64,000 bases of DNA from Acidimicrobiales bacterium (GTDB lineage: Bacteria > Actinomycetota > Acidimicrobiia > Acidimicrobiales > CATQHL01), in contig OZ220687.1 in NCBI GenBank assembly GCA_965116465.1, positions 1,604,596 to 1,668,595 of the forward strand. Reading direction: 5' to 3'. The notes beneath the pieces were generated by a model. It was not told where the DNA came from. It saw nothing but the letters and a program-made list of their open reading frames with translations, and did not search any database. The translations under genes and the position numbers were made by a program. Shown one piece after another: positions 60,096-64,000 of this stretch. Every line of letters starts with the position of its first letter. Within the stretch, counting starts at the first letter, position 1.

Positions 60096-61306
60096 CAGGC
60101 CAGGCACTCCACGAGCCGGCGCCGGCGCAACCGGTCGTAGCAACCCGCCAGCAGGCCGGCGGTCGCGTCCCAGGAATAGCCCCTGGCGACAGCGGCCGCC
60201 TCCAGCGCCATCGCGGCGGCCGTGAGCCGATCCTCCAGGATCTCCTCCACCCGTTGAGCCCACGATCGGGGATTGCGGTCCGCCACGAGGTAGCCGGTGC
60301 GGCCGTGACGCACGAGCGTCCTGAGGCCCCCGACCTCCGCGGCCACCACCGGCGCTCCACAGGCCGCCGCCTCCAGCGCCACCAGTCCGAACGTCTCGCT
60401 CCGGCTCGGCACGAGAACCACGTCGGCGGCTCGGTAGTAGGTGGCGAGACGGTGGTGCGGCTGGGGAGCCACGAAGCGCACGCGCTCGGCAAGACCGGCG
60501 GTGGCGACCAGGCGGCGGGCCCGGATCAGCTCGGCCCGGCCCTGCCGGCCGCTGGGACCCCCCACGACGAGCAGCCGGGCACGCCCCCGATTGCCGTCGA
60601 GGGCATCCAGCGTCCGCACCGCCAGATCCAGGCCCTTCAGCGGCTGCACCCGGCCGACGAACAGCAGCACGGGCTCGGCGCCGAGCCCCAGGGCGCTCCG
60701 GGCGCCGTCGGGGTCGCCGGGTGAGAACAGGGCGTGCTCCACCCCCGGCGCCACGATCTGCACCCTGTCGGCCGGCGCGCCGTACAACTCCACCAGATGG
60801 TCCGTCTCGGTCGGTCCGGCAGCGCATATGACATCCGAGCAGGCCACCACCTCCTCCTCGGCACGGGCGCGATCCGGAGACTCCGTCTCGCCGAGACTCT
60901 CCTTCACCCGGCCGAGGGTGTGGAACGTCGTCACGAGCGGCCGGTCGAGGGCGTGCTTTATCCGGTGACCGGCGACCCCGGAGAGCCAGTAGTGCGCGTG
61001 GATGGCGTCGACGCCGCCGGACCGTCCGATGTCGGCGAGGACACCCTCGGTGAAGACGTCGAGGGTGCCGGCCAGCTCCTCCTTCGGGAGGTCGGGTGGC
61101 CCCGCCGGGACGTGGACGACCCGTACGCCAGGCTCCACGTGGATCTCCTGCGGCAGGTCGTCCCCGAAGCGGCGCACGTACACGGAGCATTCCAGCCGGC
61201 GATGCGCCAGTGCCGCGGAGAGCTCGCGCACGTAGACGTTCATGCCGCCGCTGTCGCCGGACCCCGGCTGGACCAGCGGGGAGGTGTGCAGCGAGATGAC
61301 CGCCAC
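60095..61306 (-). CDS. mshA: D-inositol-3-phosphate glycosyltransferase (mycothiol biosynthesis) - catalytic part
   Basis: It has the hallmark N-terminus VAVISLHTSPLVQPGSGDSGGMNVYV and a GT4 C-terminus (SRSETFGLVALEAAACGAPVV). An internal GTG at 61306 would give 403 aa, but the frame is open upstream into a ThiS/MoaD-like domain. Confidence 0.85.
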   Translation of the reverse strand: MAVISLHTSPLVQPGSGDSGGMNVYVRELSAALAHRRLECSVYVRRFGDDLPQEIHVEPGVRVVHVPAGPPDLPKEELAGTLDVFTEGVLADIGRSGGVDAIHAHYWLSGVAGHRIKHALDRPLVTTFHTLGRVKESLGETESPDRARAEEEVVACSDVICAAGPTETDHLVELYGAPADRVQIVAPGVEHALFSPGDPDGARSALGLGAEPVLLFVGRVQPLKGLDLAVRTLDALDGNRGRARLLVVGGPSGRQGRAELIRARRLVATAGLAERVRFVAPQPHHRLATYYRAADVVLVPSRSETFGLVALEAAACGAPVVAAEVGGLRTLVRHGRTGYLVADRNPRSWAQRVEEILEDRLTAAAMALEAAAVARGYSWDATAGLLAGCYDRLRRRRLVECLA

Positions 61307-61558
61307 GTGACCGGTGCGGCCGGCTCCGCCGGACACGGGAGGCAGTGCGGCGATCTCGTCGCCGGCGGCGACGGGCTCCGACGGGTCGGCGGGCTCCCCG
61401 TTGCGCCAGATCCGGCAGGCGCGCAACTGCTCCTCGAACGCCGGACCGAAGCGGGCCGCAGCCGCCTCGAGCACCTCCGCGACCGTGGCGCCGCCGAGCT
61501 CCACGGCGCTCACGCCGGCAGCCTGGCGCACGGCGGCGAAGAGACGCAGGGTGGGCAC
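61307..61558 (-). CDS. ThiS/MoaD/CysO-like beta-grasp domain ending PPVSGG, in frame with mshA and with no stop codon
   Basis: The GTG at 61558 opens PTLRLFAAVRQAAGVSAVELGGATVAEVLEAAAARFGPAFEEQLRACRIWRNGEPADPSEPVAAGDEIAALPPVSGG. A 6-aa linker (AGRTGH) follows, then the MshA core. Confidence 0.6.
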
Positions 61559-61630
61559 ACCTTGAGCGTAGGTGTGACCGCCGCCTGTGGCACCGTCGCT
61601 CGGCGGCGAGCGGCGGTATCGTCGCCGCTC

Positions 61631-62266
61631 GTGGCCCGGTTGATGCTGCTGCGACATGCCGAGAGCGAATGGAACGCCCAGGGGCGCTGGCAGGGCCAGG
61701 CGGATACGCCGCTGACCGACCGCGGCAGGCGCCACGCCGCCGAGGCCGGACCGCTGCTGGCGACATTCGAGATGCTGGTGTGCTCCGACCTCTGCCGCGC
61801 CCGGCAGTCGGCGGAAATCATCGCCACCGGTGCCGGGATCGACGTGATCGACATCGAGCCGCGCCTGCGTGAACGCAACGCGGGGCCGTGGCAGGGCCTC
61901 ACCCGGGACGAGATCGAGCGGGACTGGCCGGGTTATCTGAGCAGCGGCCGGCGGCCCACCGACTACGAATCGGACGAGCAACTCGTGGCGCGGGCGGACG
62001 CGGCCCTGCGCGACGTCGCCCTGCTGGCGGACCGCAGGGGCACATCCGAGGTGCTGGTCGTCACCCACGGCGGGGTCATTCACAGCCTGACCGTGCGGGC
62101 CGGATTGAAAATGGTGCCGATGCCGAACCTCTCGGGGCGCTGGGTGACCGTCGAGGGTGGCACGGTGCTCGTCGGCGAGCCGGTCACCGTCGGTGATGCC
62201 GACCGGCACAGTTCCGAGGCCGTCGAAGCCGGCCGCCCGCCGCAGCGCGGCGCTCAACTGCGATAA
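61631..62266 (+). CDS. Histidine phosphatase (phosphoglycerate mutase) family protein
   Basis: It has the RHG-type motif LLRHAESEWN and a distal HGG. The start is GTG 61631 or ATG 61643. The rest of listed ORF 60734..62266 is antisense to mshA. Confidence 0.75.
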   Translation: MARLMLLRHAESEWNAQGRWQGQADTPLTDRGRRHAAEAGPLLATFEMLVCSDLCRARQSAEIIATGAGIDVIDIEPRLRERNAGPWQGLTRDEIERDWPGYLSSGRRPTDYESDEQLVARADAALRDVALLADRRGTSEVLVVTHGGVIHSLTVRAGLKMVPMPNLSGRWVTVEGGTVLVGEPVTVGDADRHSSEAVEAGRPPQRGAQLR

Positions 62267-62273
62267 TCGGGAC

Positions 62274-62347
62274 GCCCCCGTAGCCAAGCCCGGCAAGGCA
62301 TCGGACTTTTAATCCGCAGATCGTGGGTTCGAATCCCACCGGGGGCA
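62274..62347 (+). tRNA. tRNA-Lys (anticodon UUU)
   Basis: Folded by hand into a 74-nt cloverleaf. The acceptor stem is GCCCCCG/CGGGGGC and the T-arm is GTGGG-TTCGAAT-CCCAC. The anticodon loop is CTTTTAA and the D-loop contains GG. One mismatch sits at the base of the anticodon stem, and CCA is not encoded. Confidence 0.85.
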
Positions 62348-62410
62348 CCGCTGAGCCGGAACTCGCTCGGGGTGCGCCGGGTGCCAGGTGGGTCGCCGTA
62401 ATCTGGCAAT

Positions 62411-63382
62411 GTGGCACCCTTGCGAGCGCGGCACGGCCCGGCGGCGGTCGTTGTGGCGCTGTTGGTTCCCGCCGTTCTCGCAGCCGCCTGCACGATCAGT
62501 TCGGAGTCGCCCGGCGCGGCCGGCCTGCGGGGCCCGGCGAGTGGGACGACCACGACCGCCGGGAGCGGTGGCGAGACGGCCGGGGGCGCGCCGGCTCCCG
62601 GCTCCGCGGAGCCGGAACGGGAGAACCCCGCCGGAAACGCCGCCTCGAGCGACACGATCCCGGTCACGCCCGAGGCGCCGGCCGGCGGGCCCGGGGAGGC
62701 CGAGCCGCCGGTCGATGCCGCCACGGTCGACGAGACTCCCGACGCGACGGCCGCCGAGCAGGTTCCCCCGGCAGGGCAGCCCGCGGTGGACGAACAGGCT
62801 CCCGAGACGCCCCGCAGCACCGCCACCACAGCTGCGGGCCCCGACGCTGATCCTGGCGACGGTGACCCCGGCACCGGCGACGAGACCCCCGCGTCCACCA
62901 CCGGCACGCCCGCAGGCGCCGAGACCGCGTTCGACGAGCGCTCGAAGGTCTCGACGGTCGGCATCGGCTCGGTGTTCTTCGGGATGTCCCCGGAGGAGGC
63001 CGCCGAGCGAGTGGGCACCGCCTGGGCGGGGAGACCCGAGGGCGGGGCGGACTGCTACGTGATCACGCCGACCAACGGGCCGCCCGGCGTGGCGTTGTGG
63101 GTGTACCACGGCACCGTCGAGCGCGTCGACATCGACACCCCCCTGCTGCGCACGCCGTCCGGGCTGGGAGTGGGCACGCACCTCGGCGAACTCCGTTCGA
63201 GCCTCGGAGACAAACTCGTCGTCGAGGAGCATCCATACCTGGCCGGATGGATCCTCGCCACGTTCGTGCCGACCGACCCGAATGATGCCGCGTTCCGCAT
63301 CGCCTTCGACATATCCGGCGGCGAGGTCATCCGCTTCCGCGCGGGGCGGACCGAGATCGTTGCGCTGGAAGGCTGTGCGTAG
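62411..63382 (+). CDS. Putative lipoprotein with a long acidic Pro/Ala/Thr-rich linker and a C-terminal globular domain
   Basis: 323 aa with a signal peptide and lipobox LAAAC. The function of the C-terminal ~130 aa is not recognised. Confidence 0.65.
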   Translation: MAPLRARHGPAAVVVALLVPAVLAAACTISSESPGAAGLRGPASGTTTTAGSGGETAGGAPAPGSAEPERENPAGNAASSDTIPVTPEAPAGGPGEAEPPVDAATVDETPDATAAEQVPPAGQPAVDEQAPETPRSTATTAAGPDADPGDGDPGTGDETPASTTGTPAGAETAFDERSKVSTVGIGSVFFGMSPEEAAERVGTAWAGRPEGGADCYVITPTNGPPGVALWVYHGTVERVDIDTPLLRTPSGLGVGTHLGELRSSLGDKLVVEEHPYLAGWILATFVPTDPNDAAFRIAFDISGGEVIRFRAGRTEIVALEGCA

Positions 63383-63752
63383 AGCACCGCGTCACGCGGC
63401 GGCAGTCGACCGCATCAGTCTGAGCCTGCCGCCCGAGCCGGCTTCGGTCCCGCTCGCCCGCACCGCGGCGGTCGGGCTGCTGCAGCACCGCGCCGGTGGC
63501 GACGTGCTGGGCGCGCGCCTGGCATCGGTCGCCGCCGACCTCCTCGGCGCCGGCCTGGCCCGGGCGCACCCCAGAGATCGCCTCCTCGTCCACTTCGACC
63601 TCGGGGTCGATTCGGTCACCGCCACGGTGGAACTCCGTCGACCGGGGCGCTGGCAACCCGGCGGGTCGTTCCTGGAGAGCTCCGTCCTGCATTTCAATCA
63701 TGACAGTGCCCGGAGCCGACCCGGAGCCGGAGGGCGAGCGTCGCACAACTGA
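63375..63752 (+). CDS. Hypothetical protein (weak resemblance to the N-terminus of RsbW-type anti-sigma/HATPase proteins)
   Basis: In-frame GTG at 63375 with coding-like GC3. The pattern ISLSLPPEPASVPLARTAAV is present, but no ATP-binding boxes were recognised. Confidence 0.35.
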   Translation: MRRAPRHAAAVDRISLSLPPEPASVPLARTAAVGLLQHRAGGDVLGARLASVAADLLGAGLARAHPRDRLLVHFDLGVDSVTATVELRRPGRWQPGGSFLESSVLHFNHDSARSRPGAGGRASHN

Positions 63753-63794
63753 CCTGCGGCGCACCGGCGGGTGTGACGCACCGCCGGCGCGCGG

Positions 63795-64000
63795 TCAGCG
63801 ACCGGTCGAGCCGAATCCCCCGCTGCCCCGCTCCGATTGCGGCAACTCGTCGACCTCGCGCAGCTCGGCGACCGCCACCGGCTGGATCACCAACTGGGCG
63901 ATGCGTTCCCCCCGGCGCACTGTGAACGGCTCGCTGGGATCGGTGTTGACGAGTAGCACCTTCAACTCGCCGCGGTAGCCGCTGTCGATGAGGCCCGGCG
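63795..64000 (-). CDS. dut: dUTP diphosphatase, C-terminal fragment (5' end outside window)
   Basis: Not in the ORF track because no start lies in the window. Reverse translation gives [67 protein letters not shown], with the stop at 63797..63795. Confidence 0.85.
   Translation of the reverse strand, partial: PGLIDSGYRGELKVLLVNTDPSEPFTVRRGERIAQLVIQPVAVAELREVDELPQSERGSGGFGSTGR

Noticed and set aside
61559-62296. The upstream 246 codons of the listed 733-aa ORF 60095..62296.
   Set aside because: This region is antisense to the histidine-phosphatase gene and tRNA-Lys and has low-complexity content. The recognisable beta-grasp domain begins only at GTG 61558.

Overview
This is a high-GC chromosomal window with Actinomycetota-type synteny (mshA, proC plus a small excisionase-like HTH, rex-hemACDBL). 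It is dominated by respiratory genes, and almost every listed alternate-frame or antisense ORF is a GC artefact. I found no CRISPR array, rRNA, transposase or integrase. All family calls rest on motifs read by eye; no database search was run.

Gene content, left to right:
- A histidine-kinase 3' fragment and a GDPD lipoprotein.
- An 11-gene nuoABCDHIJKLMN operon (12328->1700, minus strand) with no nuoEFG.
- A small accessory stretch (12.4-19.0 kb): TrpB2-like enzyme, retropepsin-like protease, PPOX/VOC pair, a MerR-like regulator divergent from a Rieske oxygenase, vapBC, and a sugar-phosphate isomerase.
- A ~22.6 kb uninterrupted minus-strand run (41612->18967). It holds a membrane protein, a 2x[4Fe-4S] ferredoxin, a split cytochrome b6 and subunit IV, a Rieske protein, a dihaem cytochrome c, a 404-aa unknown membrane protein, a complete nuoA-N set with nuoE and nuoF fused, and two tandem GPP34/GOLPH3-like genes.
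- A divergent monohaem cytochrome c and a geranylgeranyl-reductase-family flavoprotein.
- A DUF222/HNH endonuclease.
- A sulfation locus: sat-cysC fusion, DUF1214-like protein, sulfotransferase and SDR.
- The hemL, hemB, hemD, hemC, hemA and rex genes (listed left to right; transcribed rex first).
- A DUF62 SAM-hydrolase-family gene, a small HTH protein, proC, a YbjN-like protein, mshA, a histidine phosphatase, tRNA-Lys(UUU), a lipoprotein and a dut fragment.

Observations most worth follow-up:
1. A ThiS/MoaD-type domain ending in PPVSGG reads into mshA with no stop codon.
2. A 23-bp tandem repeat builds a relay of stop/start-coupled mini-ORFs between nuoJ and nuoK of the second operon.
3. The non-canonical Rieske/cytochrome b module carries ferredoxin and unknown membrane subunits, is contiguous with complex I, and sits behind a Rex-operator-like palindrome.
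4. A PAPS-synthase/sulfotransferase cassette lies next to the prenyl reductase.
5. An N-terminal (I/V)P-x-(H/Y)-LL-x-R motif is shared by two respiratory proteins.
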